Origin: a virus
Taxonomy: Duplodnaviria > Caudoviricetes
Strand: one strand, 5' to 3'
IMG/VR virus record: IMGVR_UViG_3300027753_000020
Location: 1-53,104 of that record
DNA: 53,104 nucleotides
Shown: in pieces, positions 37,729 to 47,857 of the stretch
Position numbering within the stretch: the stretch's first letter is position 1
Layout of the letters: each line of letters begins with the position of its first letter
Position numbers and translations under genes: made by a program
The notes under the pieces: generated by a model
Seen by the model: only the letters and a program-made list of their open reading frames with translations
The model's database searches: none
Told to the model about the DNA's origin: nothing

Positions 37729-38176
37729 TCTTAAACATAGATGGAATCTGAGAACAAAACAAGTTGCAGATTTAATCTTGCCCAACAGCACAATATTAGA
37801 CATAGGATGTGCTGACAAAGATTTTTTAAATTTTTACAAAGCTAAAGATTATCTAGGTATAGATAAAACTGACAAAGCTGATATACAATTAGATCTTGAT
37901 CAAGACATTTATGTACCTTACAAAAACTATGATTATTGTTTGATACTGGGAGTTTTAGAGTACTTAGATTATCCTGATAAAATTGTTAATTTTTACAAAA
38001 AGTATGCAGACACTACAATAATTTTATTCTCAAATAAGAAGTCAAAAAAAGCTCTCTGGAAAAACTTTTTTTCAAAAGAACAAAAAATAGAATTAATAAA
38101 AACTCATTTTACTGAATATGAAGTAATAGAAAGTCCTGGATTCGTAATCTTTAAATGCAATAAACTACGTACATAA
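37721..38176 (+). CDS. Class I SAM methyltransferase
   Basis: ILDIGCA, YLGID, LGVLEYL. Confidence 0.75.
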   Translation: MYDLKHRWNLRTKQVADLILPNSTILDIGCADKDFLNFYKAKDYLGIDKTDKADIQLDLDQDIYVPYKNYDYCLILGVLEYLDYPDKIVNFYKKYADTTIILFSNKKSKKALWKNFFSKEQKIELIKTHFTEYEVIESPGFVIFKCNKLRT

Positions 38177-38184
38177 ATATCTAT

Positions 38185-38967
38185 ATGGAACGTATTGTAT
38201 TAGTCACAGGTGGATTTGACCCACTACACTCGGGGCACATAGCCTACTTTAAAGCAGCAAAAAAACTCGGTACTAAACTAATTGTTGGTATTAATTCAGA
38301 CGAATGGCTTGCTAGAAAAAAGGGTAAACACTTTATGCCCTTCCATGAAAGATGTTCTATTGTAGAAGAACTATCTGTTGTTGATCAAGTTATAGGATTC
38401 AACGATGACGATGATAGTGCATGTAATGCAATTTTTCAAGCACTTAGTACACATGGAAATATCAAATTAATCTTTGCTAACGGCGGAGATAGAACCAACA
38501 CAACAACACCCGAATATGCTACATATGGTGATATGCCTAATGTAGAATTTGTATTTGGCGTTGGTGGAGAAGATAAAAAGAACAGTTCATCTTGGATACT
38601 AGAAGAATGGAAGGCTCCTAAGACTGTAAGAGAATGGGGCTGGTATAGAGTACTTGATGATCAACCTGAACAAGGATACAAAGTAAAAGAACTTGTAATA
38701 CTACCAGGCAAGCGTCTAAGCGATCAAAGACACAAGTACAGATCAGAGATGTGGTATGTAACACAAGGTCAAGTAAGCATGGCTATTCAAATAGAAGAGA
38801 GTGGCGAACCGCAACAAGGATTTGAATTACCTGCACTAACTAATGGTTATAATATTGGATCAAATATATGGCACAAAGCCATGAATAATCAAGATGTTCC
38901 TGCACACGTAATAGAAGTACAATATGGCGAAAAGTGTATTGAAGAAGATATAGAAAGAAGAGATTAA
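38185..38967 (+). CDS. Cytidylyl/nucleotidyltransferase (TagD/RfaE-II-like) fused to a cupin (type II mannose-6-P isomerase-like)
   Basis: TGGFDPLHSGH (HxGH), VGINSD, FANGGDR, KKNSSS; then REWGWY...LSDQRHKYRSE.W...WH...IEVQYG...EEDIER. Confidence 0.85.
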   Translation: MERIVLVTGGFDPLHSGHIAYFKAAKKLGTKLIVGINSDEWLARKKGKHFMPFHERCSIVEELSVVDQVIGFNDDDDSACNAIFQALSTHGNIKLIFANGGDRTNTTTPEYATYGDMPNVEFVFGVGGEDKKNSSSWILEEWKAPKTVREWGWYRVLDDQPEQGYKVKELVILPGKRLSDQRHKYRSEMWYVTQGQVSMAIQIEESGEPQQGFELPALTNGYNIGSNIWHKAMNNQDVPAHVIEVQYGEKCIEEDIERRD

Positions 38968-39638
38968 TGAAAGTATTCATAGGCTACGACCCAAGAGAAG
39001 ATATGGCTTACCAAGTGTGTAAGCATAGCATATTGAAGCATCAACCTAATGCAGATGTACGTCCACTAGTACAAAAAGAATTAAGACAAGCAGGATGGTA
39101 CAAGCGTCCTGAAGATAAACTTGCAAGTACAGAGTTTACGTTTACACGTTTCTTAATACCAGAGCTTACTAACTTCAGAGGCTGGGCTGTGTTTATGGAC
39201 TGTGATATGATTCTTACAACAGACATTGCTGAACTGTTTGCACAAGCAGATGACAAGTATGCTGTAATGTGTGTACAACATGATTACACACCTAAAGAAG
39301 GTATTAAGATGGATGGACAAAAGCAAACTATCTATCCACGCAAGAATTGGTCAAGTGTTGTGTTATGGAACTGTGGCCACCCTAGTAATAGAGTCGTTGA
39401 CCAAGATATGGTAAACGAAAAAGAACTTAATGGCGCATACTTTCATAGATTTAGTTGGTTACTAGATGACGAAATAGGCGAACTAGATCATACATGGAAT
39501 TACTTAGTAGGTGTGTATGATGATATTGAAACCCCAAATTTAATTCATTATACTGAAGGCGGTCCTTGGTTTGAAAACTATAGGGACTGTGAATTTAATG
39601 AATTATGGAAACAAGAACTTTATGATATGTTTAAGTAA
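38967..39638 (+). CDS. GT-A fold glycosyltransferase (GT8-like)
   Basis: VFIGYDPRE, STEFTFTRF, FMDCDM (DxD), RKNWSS, WNYL, HYTEGGPW. Confidence 0.85.
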   Translation: MKVFIGYDPREDMAYQVCKHSILKHQPNADVRPLVQKELRQAGWYKRPEDKLASTEFTFTRFLIPELTNFRGWAVFMDCDMILTTDIAELFAQADDKYAVMCVQHDYTPKEGIKMDGQKQTIYPRKNWSSVVLWNCGHPSNRVVDQDMVNEKELNGAYFHRFSWLLDDEIGELDHTWNYLVGVYDDIETPNLIHYTEGGPWFENYRDCEFNELWKQELYDMFK

Positions 39639-40413
39639 AAATCTTACTGACGAATATATAAACATGTATGCTAAAGGTGCAAACTTGCCTATACATAATT
39701 ATGACTTTGAACATGAAAATAAAAAAGCACCAATACTAATACGTAGCCTAGCAAAACGTAAACTCATATGGAAATGTTTAGAAAATAAAAGAGACTTTTA
39801 TTATATGGACAGCGGCTATGTAGGAAATTATAAAGGTCCAGTAAATCCAATGGGATGGAAACTATATCATCGCATAGTTAAAAACGATCTACAACATAAC
39901 GAAATAATTGAACGTCCTAGTGATAGATGGGAACAACTAGGAATAAAAATTGAGAAACGAAAGAAGCACGGCGAAAATATTTTACTTGTTATGCCTAGTG
40001 AGAAGCCTTGCAAGTATTACGGTATAGACGCAGAAAAATGGAAACAAGAAACAATAGAACAAATTAAGATGCATACAGATCGTCCTATTGTTGTTAGAGA
40101 AAAACAACCAAGACATGTACGTTTGCAAAATACAATATATCAAGAATTAGATAATGCATATGCATTAGTAACTTATCAGAGTATAGCGGCTGTAGAAAGT
40201 GTGTTGTATGGTGTACCAGCTTTTACACTTGCACCAACAGCTGCTGATCCGGTTGCTAATAAGTATCTATACAATCTAGAAAAACCCGAGCGGTACGACA
40301 AAGACTATATCTATAGTTGGGCATGCCACCTAGCATATGGACAGTTTCATATTAATGAAATGAAAAACGGAACAGCTCATAAATTTATAATGGAGGAACT
40401 TTATGGCAGTTAA
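39622..40413 (+). CDS. KpsS/KpsC-like (capsule synthesis) glycosyltransferase, divergent
   Basis: YYMDSGY, TDRPIVVREK, ALVTYQSIAAVESVLYGVP, WACHLAYGQF...E...G. Confidence 0.6.
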   Translation: MICLSKNLTDEYINMYAKGANLPIHNYDFEHENKKAPILIRSLAKRKLIWKCLENKRDFYYMDSGYVGNYKGPVNPMGWKLYHRIVKNDLQHNEIIERPSDRWEQLGIKIEKRKKHGENILLVMPSEKPCKYYGIDAEKWKQETIEQIKMHTDRPIVVREKQPRHVRLQNTIYQELDNAYALVTYQSIAAVESVLYGVPAFTLAPTAADPVANKYLYNLEKPERYDKDYIYSWACHLAYGQFHINEMKNGTAHKFIMEELYGS

Positions 40414-41320
40414 GTACGTAGTAGTTCATAGAACTGATAAAAATAATATCGGTGATATGTCAAGTAATCCCTTGCAGTATTATCTACCAGCAAGTGATTA
40501 TCAAGTAGTAGATGTATTAGATATCGGAGCATCAAATTATCCTAGCGATGTGCCTTTAATTGCAGGAGGCGGTGGCTTAATAGGAAATCAATTTTTAGGA
40601 AATGATTTACAATATGCTCTTAACAACAGTGACCAAAACGCATTGATGACATTGTGGAAAGAGTCGTGGTCAGTAGTAAATCATAATAACATAGATGCAC
40701 GTGATGAATTTTTACGTAAACTACAACCGCTGATAAAAGAATACATAGATAAAATAGACAACACTACAGCACCACGTATTGTATGGGGTGCTGGACACAA
40801 CGAAGATACTAACAAAAGAGTGAAGCGACCTCAATGGCCAGATTGGTTAACTAATTTTGATCTAATAGGCGTAAGAGATTACGGACAGCCTTTTGAATGG
40901 GTGCCATGTGCAAGTTGTTTAGACACAGCATTTGATAAAAATTATAGAATTAAAAATGATATAATTTGGTACGAACACAAAAAGCAATTAATAAAATCTA
41001 CACATTTTGGAAGTAAACCTATTCCTAGATATATTAATAGTGGTGCTAATATGGAGCAGACTATTGAATTATTAGGTAGTGCAAATACTATTATTACTAA
41101 CAGTTACCACGGTGCATACTGGGGTACGTTACTAGGTAAAAAAGTTATTGTAGCAGGTCCTTGGAGTAGTAAATTCCATACACTCAAGCATAGAGTAACA
41201 TTTATTAATCCTCAAGATAATTATGAATACTTGTTAGACGGTATAGAAACTCATCCTGAAGCATTACAAGAATGTAGAGATGCAAATAATAATCATTGGC
41301 AAAAGATACAACAATTATGA
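40403..41320 (+). CDS. Polysaccharide pyruvyl transferase-like protein
   Basis: NIGD, IAGGGGL, WGAG, IGVRD, VPCAS, ITNSYHG. Confidence 0.7.
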   Translation: MAVKYVVVHRTDKNNIGDMSSNPLQYYLPASDYQVVDVLDIGASNYPSDVPLIAGGGGLIGNQFLGNDLQYALNNSDQNALMTLWKESWSVVNHNNIDARDEFLRKLQPLIKEYIDKIDNTTAPRIVWGAGHNEDTNKRVKRPQWPDWLTNFDLIGVRDYGQPFEWVPCASCLDTAFDKNYRIKNDIIWYEHKKQLIKSTHFGSKPIPRYINSGANMEQTIELLGSANTIITNSYHGAYWGTLLGKKVIVAGPWSSKFHTLKHRVTFINPQDNYEYLLDGIETHPEALQECRDANNNHWQKIQQL

Positions 41321-42231
41321 AAACTGTAGTAGGATATGCATCAGGGATACCAAACCCACATAAAAATAAACATAAAGTTGATATTTTAAAACGTTACATT
41401 GACGGCGTACAAAAGCACGGCGACAAAGGCATTTTACATTATGGTAATAACATTATTGACAGTGATGTAAATTTAATTCAAGGCTGGGTTCATGCAGGTT
41501 CTGCAGCTAGTCCGCACTTAGTAGTGAGAAGACGTGCCCATGAGATTAATGTTAGTAAAGGTAAACATTCGTTTATTGCTGACAGTAATCTTTTTAATTA
41601 TGCTGTAGGCAAAATGCATAATATGCAATATTTAAGATATAGTATGGACGGAGTATTTCCTACAACAGGAAATTATTTTAGTGATACTGTCAATCCAAAA
41701 AGGTGGAAACAAATACAAAAACATCTTGGCATTACAATGAAAGATTGGCGCCCACAAGGTGTACATGTATTAATATGCACACAACGTAATGGTGGCTGGA
41801 GCATGGGCGGACTTGATGTTGTACATTGGTTAAAGAAAACAATTAAAGAAGTTAGAAAGCATACTGACAGGCCAATTATAGTACGTGGACATCCAGGCGA
41901 CAAGCATGCACCTAAATATCTTAAAAACAAAGATTGGCAAGTAAGTACGTCACCATCTATTATTGATGATCTAAGAAATGCACATTGTTCTATTACGTAT
42001 AATAGTAGTCCTAGTGTTGCAAGTGCTATAGAAGGTATTCCAACATTTGTTACAGATCCTAATCCGCAAATAAGTCAAGCACATGCTGTTGCTAATACTG
42101 ACCTTTCGTTAATTGAAACTCCACTAATGCTTGAAAGAACAGAATGGGTGCAAAAGTTAGCAATGTGTCATTGGAACTTTGACGAATTAAGCTCAGGCGA
42201 AGCATGGGCTCACATGAGAGATTACGTATGA
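41317..42231 (+). CDS. KpsS/KpsC-like glycosyltransferase
   Basis: VLICTQ, TDRPIIVRGHPGD, ITYNSSPSVASAIEGIP. Confidence 0.65.
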   Translation: MKTVVGYASGIPNPHKNKHKVDILKRYIDGVQKHGDKGILHYGNNIIDSDVNLIQGWVHAGSAASPHLVVRRRAHEINVSKGKHSFIADSNLFNYAVGKMHNMQYLRYSMDGVFPTTGNYFSDTVNPKRWKQIQKHLGITMKDWRPQGVHVLICTQRNGGWSMGGLDVVHWLKKTIKEVRKHTDRPIIVRGHPGDKHAPKYLKNKDWQVSTSPSIIDDLRNAHCSITYNSSPSVASAIEGIPTFVTDPNPQISQAHAVANTDLSLIETPLMLERTEWVQKLAMCHWNFDELSSGEAWAHMRDYV

Positions 42232-43178
42232 TAAAAATGATAGGCTTTCCGCCTCCAGCCTCTAAACCTTATTTCCATTGGGCAAAAGGTATGGAAAAAG
42301 TAGGCGACCAATATATAGTAAGTGATGACTTAGATAGTAACATTGTACGTGATGCTGATGCTTACTATCAAACTAATGAACTAAAGCCTAAGTTTTTACA
42401 TGGCGGCAGAGCCGAATGGCATGGCAAGTATTTGTTACATATTCAACAAGCAAACAAGCCATATATTGTTAGTGAAAGCGAACCCTTTCGCGAATGTCCA
42501 GGATGGTTAAGATTTGGATGGAATAGTTATAGATGGTCCGATGCCAATTGGAATAATGAAAATGTAGGTCCTGAACGCTGGGATCGTTTTGAAAGTATGA
42601 CTGGCATTAAATTTAAGGACTGGCACAGTCCAGGAGACCATATTCTTATTATGGGCCAAAAAGAAGGCGACAGTAGTTTAGTAAATGTGTACAAAGCAGG
42701 CTATGCTAGTATATACGACTACATTGCAGACCAATGTAAAATAATTAGGCAATACACAGATCGTCCTATTGTTATACGTCCACATCCTCGAAACTTAGAC
42801 AGAGGCGCAAAAATAGTAACACGCTTGTTAAAAGAATTAAAACTTACTAATATATCAATGAGTAAAAATCTTACACGAGGCGGATCACAAGGCGGCGAAG
42901 GATTAGATAAAGATTTAAAAAATGCATATTGTGTAGTTACATATAATAGTTTAAGTGGTGTAGAAGCTGTAGTAAGAGGCATACCAGTGTTTGCACTAGA
43001 CGGTGGAAGCATGGCATATCCAGTAGCACATACAGATCTTTCAAAGATTGAAAACTTAAACTATGATATTGATTTACAAGAATGGAAAAATAAAATTGCT
43101 TACTCTATGTGGAATAAGCAAGATGTGCAAACTGGCGAATGTTGGTCACATTTAAAACAAGTATATTTTAAGGATTAA
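42228..43178 (+). CDS. KpsS/KpsC-like (GT107-type) glycosyltransferase
   Basis: ILIMGQKEGDSS (QxxxD), TDRPIVIRPHP, VVTYNSLSGVEAVVRGIPV. Confidence 0.7.
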   Translation: MIKMIGFPPPASKPYFHWAKGMEKVGDQYIVSDDLDSNIVRDADAYYQTNELKPKFLHGGRAEWHGKYLLHIQQANKPYIVSESEPFRECPGWLRFGWNSYRWSDANWNNENVGPERWDRFESMTGIKFKDWHSPGDHILIMGQKEGDSSLVNVYKAGYASIYDYIADQCKIIRQYTDRPIVIRPHPRNLDRGAKIVTRLLKELKLTNISMSKNLTRGGSQGGEGLDKDLKNAYCVVTYNSLSGVEAVVRGIPVFALDGGSMAYPVAHTDLSKIENLNYDIDLQEWKNKIAYSMWNKQDVQTGECWSHLKQVYFKD

Positions 43179-43180
43179 AA

Positions 43181-43864
43181 ATGTTAAGAAAAGTTTTTAC
43201 TACACTAACTAAACGGTGTGATAAATTTGAACACTACTTTCCGTTGTATGAAAAACACTTTGAAAAGTATATAGGTAAAAGCCCTCGCATACTTGAAATA
43301 GGTGTACGCGGAGGAGGTAGTTTACAAATGTGGCAAAAGTATTTTGGCGAAGGCACATACGTACATGGAGTAGACATAGATAAGAAATGTCAAGCACATG
43401 AAGATCCTGATAACAATATACATGTAACTATTGGTGACGGAACTGATCCTGTATTTTGGGAAAGAGAATTTAAACAAAAAAATATTAGAGATTTTGATAT
43501 TATTATTGATGACGGTAGTCACGAAAGTCCAGATCAAATTGTAACTTTAAAACTTACATACCAATTACTAAAACATGTAGGTATATATTGGTGCGAAGAT
43601 ACACATACTAGTTACTATCCAAATAGACCCGATGGCGGCTATGGTAATCCAAAAAGTTTTACAAGTTATGTTAAGAATGTAGTAGACGTACTAAGTCATC
43701 ATCATACTAGTCACGCAATTGGATTCGGACCATTTGACGGTCCGCATGTTCCTAAAAAGTTAGTAAAACCATTTGATGAAATACAAGGCGTTTCGTTTTA
43801 CGATAGTGTTATTGTAATTGATAAAGGACCCAGACTACATTTTAAACGGATAGTAAAGAAATGA
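43181..43864 (+). CDS. Class I SAM O-methyltransferase (sugar O-methyltransferase-like)
   Basis: HYF..YE.HF, ILEIGVRGGGSL.MW..YF, GVDID, FDIIIDDGSH, EDTHTSY. Confidence 0.85.
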   Translation: MLRKVFTTLTKRCDKFEHYFPLYEKHFEKYIGKSPRILEIGVRGGGSLQMWQKYFGEGTYVHGVDIDKKCQAHEDPDNNIHVTIGDGTDPVFWEREFKQKNIRDFDIIIDDGSHESPDQIVTLKLTYQLLKHVGIYWCEDTHTSYYPNRPDGGYGNPKSFTSYVKNVVDVLSHHHTSHAIGFGPFDGPHVPKKLVKPFDEIQGVSFYDSVIVIDKGPRLHFKRIVKK

Positions 43865-45087
43865 ATTCATGGGATGTCTTTGATACATTAATTGCTAGAC
43901 TACATTACCATCCTACTTCTATTTTTGACGAAGTTGGCAAACGTATTGGTGATGCTAGTTTTAAGGACAGACGTATTGCAGCATGGAAGCAAGTTAAAAA
44001 AACTTGTGTAGATAAAACCTATAATGACATATACGACATCCTTGTAGACGATGATCCACAGGTAGAGCTTGACGTAGAGTTTGAACATAACTTTCCTATA
44101 CATGAAAATTTAATGAAGGTTAAAGACGGAGATCTATTGATAAGTGACATGTACTTGCCAGCAGAGTTTATCATGAAAATGTTACGCAATGCTGGATTAA
44201 CAGTAGATGTTAAGATAGTTGTTACAGCAGACGGAAAGAAAAAAGGCTGGGTATGGGAATCAATTAACGAGAACTATGTTATAGATAATCATTACGGCGA
44301 CAATGAAAAAAGTGATGTTGCATCTGCTAAGAAGCATGGCATTAATGGTGTACTGTATACTGGATACAAACTTAATAATATTGAAAACTTTGTTTACAAA
44401 TATGACAGACATTTAGCATTATGGATGCGTTGTACAAGATTGCTATGCCCATTTAATGACGACACACATATTAAGTTTTGGAATGATCAAGCTAATATTA
44501 ACATGCCTGTACTAGCACTAGCAACATTAGAATTACCAGATACTCCAATAGCATTTACATATAGAGATTGTTATAACTGGCAAAAAATTTATGAAACAAT
44601 GACTGGCAAGACAGGATATAGATTAGACGTATCACGTAAAATGTATCTTGATCCTAATGAACATTTTAAAAAGTACATGTCTTTTGTAAAGGAAAACAAT
44701 GCTACTATTGTAGACTTACAAGGTAAAGGACGTAGTATACAAAGTTTCTATAACGGCAATCCGCCTAGTACATTATACATAGGAGGTAGACCTCCACCAT
44801 ACGTAAAACGATTAGTTGACTATCAAACTAAAAGTATGGAGAAACATAATTGTTTTGAAGAAGGTCCGATTATAGAGTATAATGAACATGGTCCTGTTAG
44901 GGGAGTAAATGATCATCCTCAAGATGTAGCAGATATACATAAAAAAGCAGGACAAGCTGCTGTTAGATATATTAAAAATTTTACATTTAAAAATAATCTA
45001 TCGTTGCTAACCGAACTAGTAAAATTATACGATACAAAAAACTTTACCAATAAAAATGTTAAATGGGCAAAATACAATAATGGATAA
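43861..45087 (+). CDS. HAD-superfamily hydrolase of the polysaccharide-locus type
   Basis: SWDVFDTLI.R, LISDMYL, HYGDNEKSDV..A...GI. Confidence 0.75.
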   Translation: MNSWDVFDTLIARLHYHPTSIFDEVGKRIGDASFKDRRIAAWKQVKKTCVDKTYNDIYDILVDDDPQVELDVEFEHNFPIHENLMKVKDGDLLISDMYLPAEFIMKMLRNAGLTVDVKIVVTADGKKKGWVWESINENYVIDNHYGDNEKSDVASAKKHGINGVLYTGYKLNNIENFVYKYDRHLALWMRCTRLLCPFNDDTHIKFWNDQANINMPVLALATLELPDTPIAFTYRDCYNWQKIYETMTGKTGYRLDVSRKMYLDPNEHFKKYMSFVKENNATIVDLQGKGRSIQSFYNGNPPSTLYIGGRPPPYVKRLVDYQTKSMEKHNCFEEGPIIEYNEHGPVRGVNDHPQDVADIHKKAGQAAVRYIKNFTFKNNLSLLTELVKLYDTKNFTNKNVKWAKYNNG

Positions 45088-45592
45088 CATTACTAGACAT
45101 AGAATCGATAGAAACTTTTGGAATGACGAAAGGGAATGTTATCGACGACTAGCCGACTGTACACATGTTCCTAATCTTGTTGCTTCTAATACATCAGACT
45201 TAACTATAACAACCGAGTATGCCGGTGTAAGTTTATTCATACTTACAGCGGTTCAAAAAAAGACAAACATTAAAATTAATAAGCCAGTAAGTCAAATAGT
45301 AAAATTTATTGATGCTTGTAAAGAACAAAACATTGTGCATTTAGATTGTCATCCTGGTAATGTATTATTACTAAACGGTAAACTTTCAATAATAGATTTT
45401 GAAAAAGTTGCAATAGATGGTAAAACACGCAATACTAAAATGAACAAAAAATATAATAAGTTTATGGCCAAGGGAGGCTGGGACTGGATACTAAATAGAT
45501 ATACAAAGTACTTTGAAAACTTCGATAACTATATTTGGTTCAACGAAGAAATATTACAAAAAGGAATTAGAAAATATGGCCAAGCACTATAG
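45080..45592 (+). CDS. Protein-kinase-like small kinase (Kdo/WaaP/RIO-like)
   Basis: E...Y..L...VP.L, TEYAG, IVHLDCHPGNVLL, IIDFE. Confidence 0.7.
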   Translation: MDNITRHRIDRNFWNDERECYRRLADCTHVPNLVASNTSDLTITTEYAGVSLFILTAVQKKTNIKINKPVSQIVKFIDACKEQNIVHLDCHPGNVLLLNGKLSIIDFEKVAIDGKTRNTKMNKKYNKFMAKGGWDWILNRYTKYFENFDNYIWFNEEILQKGIRKYGQAL

Positions 45593-46118
45593 TAAGTTTA
45601 CAAACAATTATACAAAAATTTATTACAAAAATAAACTTATATCAGATGGCTCACGTGATCCACTTGAAAGAATAAATGCTATGCCTATAGACTTTAGAGA
45701 TAAAACTTTGTTAGACTTAGGATGTAATTGCGGCGGAACAATGTTTGCTGTTGCAGATAAGATTAAACAAGGATGGGGCTGTGATATTAATCCTGATGCA
45801 ATTAGTTTTGCAAACAACTTAGCATTAGAAAATAATATTGATAATGTTTCTTTTGGTGTTGCTGATCTTAACAACTGGCAGGATGCTAACCTTCCTAAAA
45901 CAGATATACTATTTGCTCTAGCAATTGCAAAATGGGTTCCTACTTGGAAAGAAATAATTACACATCTTGATCCTAAAGTATGTGTGTTTGAAGCACACGG
46001 CAAAGGAAGTATGGTACCTGACCAAGTTGCTTGGTTAACAAATCATTTTAAGAATGTAGAAGTAATACTTGATGGTTACGAAGCAGGCAAACGCAGACTT
46101 TATCTTTGTGTCCAGTAA
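45576..46118 (+). CDS. Class I SAM methyltransferase
   Basis: KTLLDLGCNCGG, GCDIN. Confidence 0.8.
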   Translation: MAKHYSKFTNNYTKIYYKNKLISDGSRDPLERINAMPIDFRDKTLLDLGCNCGGTMFAVADKIKQGWGCDINPDAISFANNLALENNIDNVSFGVADLNNWQDANLPKTDILFALAIAKWVPTWKEIITHLDPKVCVFEAHGKGSMVPDQVAWLTNHFKNVEVILDGYEAGKRRLYLCVQ

Positions 46119-46942
46119 CTTTCTTTTCTATTAACCATTATATCTGAACGTTTACTTTTACCAGCAGTCTTACGATCACCTTTCATATGATCCATCCACT
46201 TACCTAGTTCAGTATTAATTAACGGATGTCCGCCACCACCTGACTTTGCTTCACGCAAATACATTTGGGCACTGTAGTCATGACTAGGAAACTCTTTATA
46301 CTTGTTAAGTATTTCTCCAAAGATGTAACTGTCATGCCATTCTGCTAATTTAAACATTCCATTTTCAGCATCTTCATACATTGCTTCAAAGTCTTTAAGG
46401 AATTCGTGTGCAACTGGATGATTAAGATTAAGACCGTAAAAGCCGCACTCGGGCCATGTCTGTGATCCTTTACCTCTGCCTACATATGTAATGTAGTCGT
46501 GTTGAGGTAGTAAGTTATTAAATTCTTTGTGCTTCCACGGACTATGAATAAATGTATCAGCGTCCATCCACACTACCCAATCCTTACCATATTGGCATGC
46601 ATCAAATACAGCATACACTTTATTAGCAAAGCGTATGGCGTCCCATTTAAATTCTTTTTGCCAATCTTTACGCCCGTGTCTTGCAGGATGATTTGCAATA
46701 TTACCATTAGCATGCGGAACATCTTTCCAACGCTCTTTAAATGCATTTAGTTTAGGTAATGTTTCCTTTGCATCTAATATTGTAATTTGATCCGTGTTAG
46801 GATTCCTTGGACTACAGTCTTCTGCATACACAACTAATTTAACTTTGCTTTCAACGTTTTCTGCAAAGCTATCTATAAATCGTTGTCCGTATAAACTAAG
46901 TCCGGGTTGATGAAATGTGGTTACCACAGTTATTGATGACAT
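46100..46942 (-). CDS. GT-A fold glycosyltransferase
   Basis: Start MSSITVVTTF at 46942 (GAGGA SD). RFANKVYA, WMDADT (DxD), ECGF, EWHDS, DHMKG.RK. Confidence 0.7.
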   Translation of the reverse strand: MSSITVVTTFHQPGLSLYGQRFIDSFAENVESKVKLVVYAEDCSPRNPNTDQITILDAKETLPKLNAFKERWKDVPHANGNIANHPARHGRKDWQKEFKWDAIRFANKVYAVFDACQYGKDWVVWMDADTFIHSPWKHKEFNNLLPQHDYITYVGRGKGSQTWPECGFYGLNLNHPVAHEFLKDFEAMYEDAENGMFKLAEWHDSYIFGEILNKYKEFPSHDYSAQMYLREAKSGGGGHPLINTELGKWMDHMKGDRKTAGKSKRSDIMVNRKESYWTQR

Positions 46943-46954
46943 GGTGTTCCTCTT

Positions 46955-46982
46955 GTTAAATATGTATATGGAAGTATTTAAC
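46955..46982. promoter_or_regulatory. Face-to-face late promoter pair for divergent glycosyltransferase genes
   Basis: GTTAAATA on + (46955-46962) and GTTAAATA on - (46982-46975). Confidence 0.55.
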
Positions 46983-46984
46983 CA

Positions 46985-47857
46985 ATGATTTTCTGCCTGT
47001 ATACTGATCATGGCGCACTAAACAGTCAACCTGTTTTTCATGCATTTGCAAAGAGTGCTGTTGATGCCGGGCATACTGTAATTTACAATGAGCCATATAG
47101 AGTCGGCGACCATTATAGTAATTATGATATTGCTGTTATATGGAGTGTACTATGGCATGGCAGAATGGTAAAGAATAAAACAGTATGGGAACAAAATCGT
47201 TTACATAATAGACCAGTAATTGTTTTAGAAGTAGGCGCACTTAATAGAGGCACTATGTGGAAGGTAGGACTTAACGGCATCAATAGAGATGCATACTTTG
47301 CACCAAAGAACAACAATGACGAACGTGCTAAAATGTTAGGGTTAAAAATGCAACCATGGACACACAATGAAGACGGGCACATTGTAATTTGTTTGCAACA
47401 TAACAAAAGTCAGCAGTGGGCAAATATGCCTCCACAAGACAAGTGGTTGGATAAGACACTATCGACTATACGAAAACGTACTGATAGAACTATAATAATT
47501 AGACCGCACCCACGTTGCCCAATACCTCCATTTGCTGACAAATACAAAAACATACAAGTACACCAGCCAGTAAAAAATACTGCCACTTATGACGATTATC
47601 AATTTGATATGTCAGATGCATATGCTGTTGTAAGTTGGAGTTCTAACCCTGCTATACAAGCAATACTACAAGGAGTACCGGCCTTTGTTGGACCAAGTAG
47701 TTTAGCGTATGATGTAGCACAACACAATGTTAAAGAAATTAACAATCCGATAAGACCTGACAGAACGCAATGGCTAAATGACCTTGCACATGTTGAATAC
47801 AGTACGCATGAAATAGCTGCAGGATACCCATTAAAACACTTGACATCGCAACTGTAA
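46985..47857 (+). CDS. KpsS/KpsC-like glycosyltransferase
   Basis: VLEVG, VICLQ, TDRTIIIRPHP, VVSWSSNPAIQAILQGVP, WLNDLA..EY...EI..G. Confidence 0.65.
   Translation: MIFCLYTDHGALNSQPVFHAFAKSAVDAGHTVIYNEPYRVGDHYSNYDIAVIWSVLWHGRMVKNKTVWEQNRLHNRPVIVLEVGALNRGTMWKVGLNGINRDAYFAPKNNNDERAKMLGLKMQPWTHNEDGHIVICLQHNKSQQWANMPPQDKWLDKTLSTIRKRTDRTIIIRPHPRCPIPPFADKYKNIQVHQPVKNTATYDDYQFDMSDAYAVVSWSSNPAIQAILQGVPAFVGPSSLAYDVAQHNVKEINNPIRPDRTQWLNDLAHVEYSTHEIAAGYPLKHLTSQL

Noticed and set aside
37057-47857. Island being host chromosomal LPS/capsule DNA (prophage boundary or chimera)
   Set aside because: It is translationally coupled to uvsY, carries phage late-promoter motifs, lacks transport and polymerase genes (wzx/wzy/kpsMT), and phage core genes resume after it.
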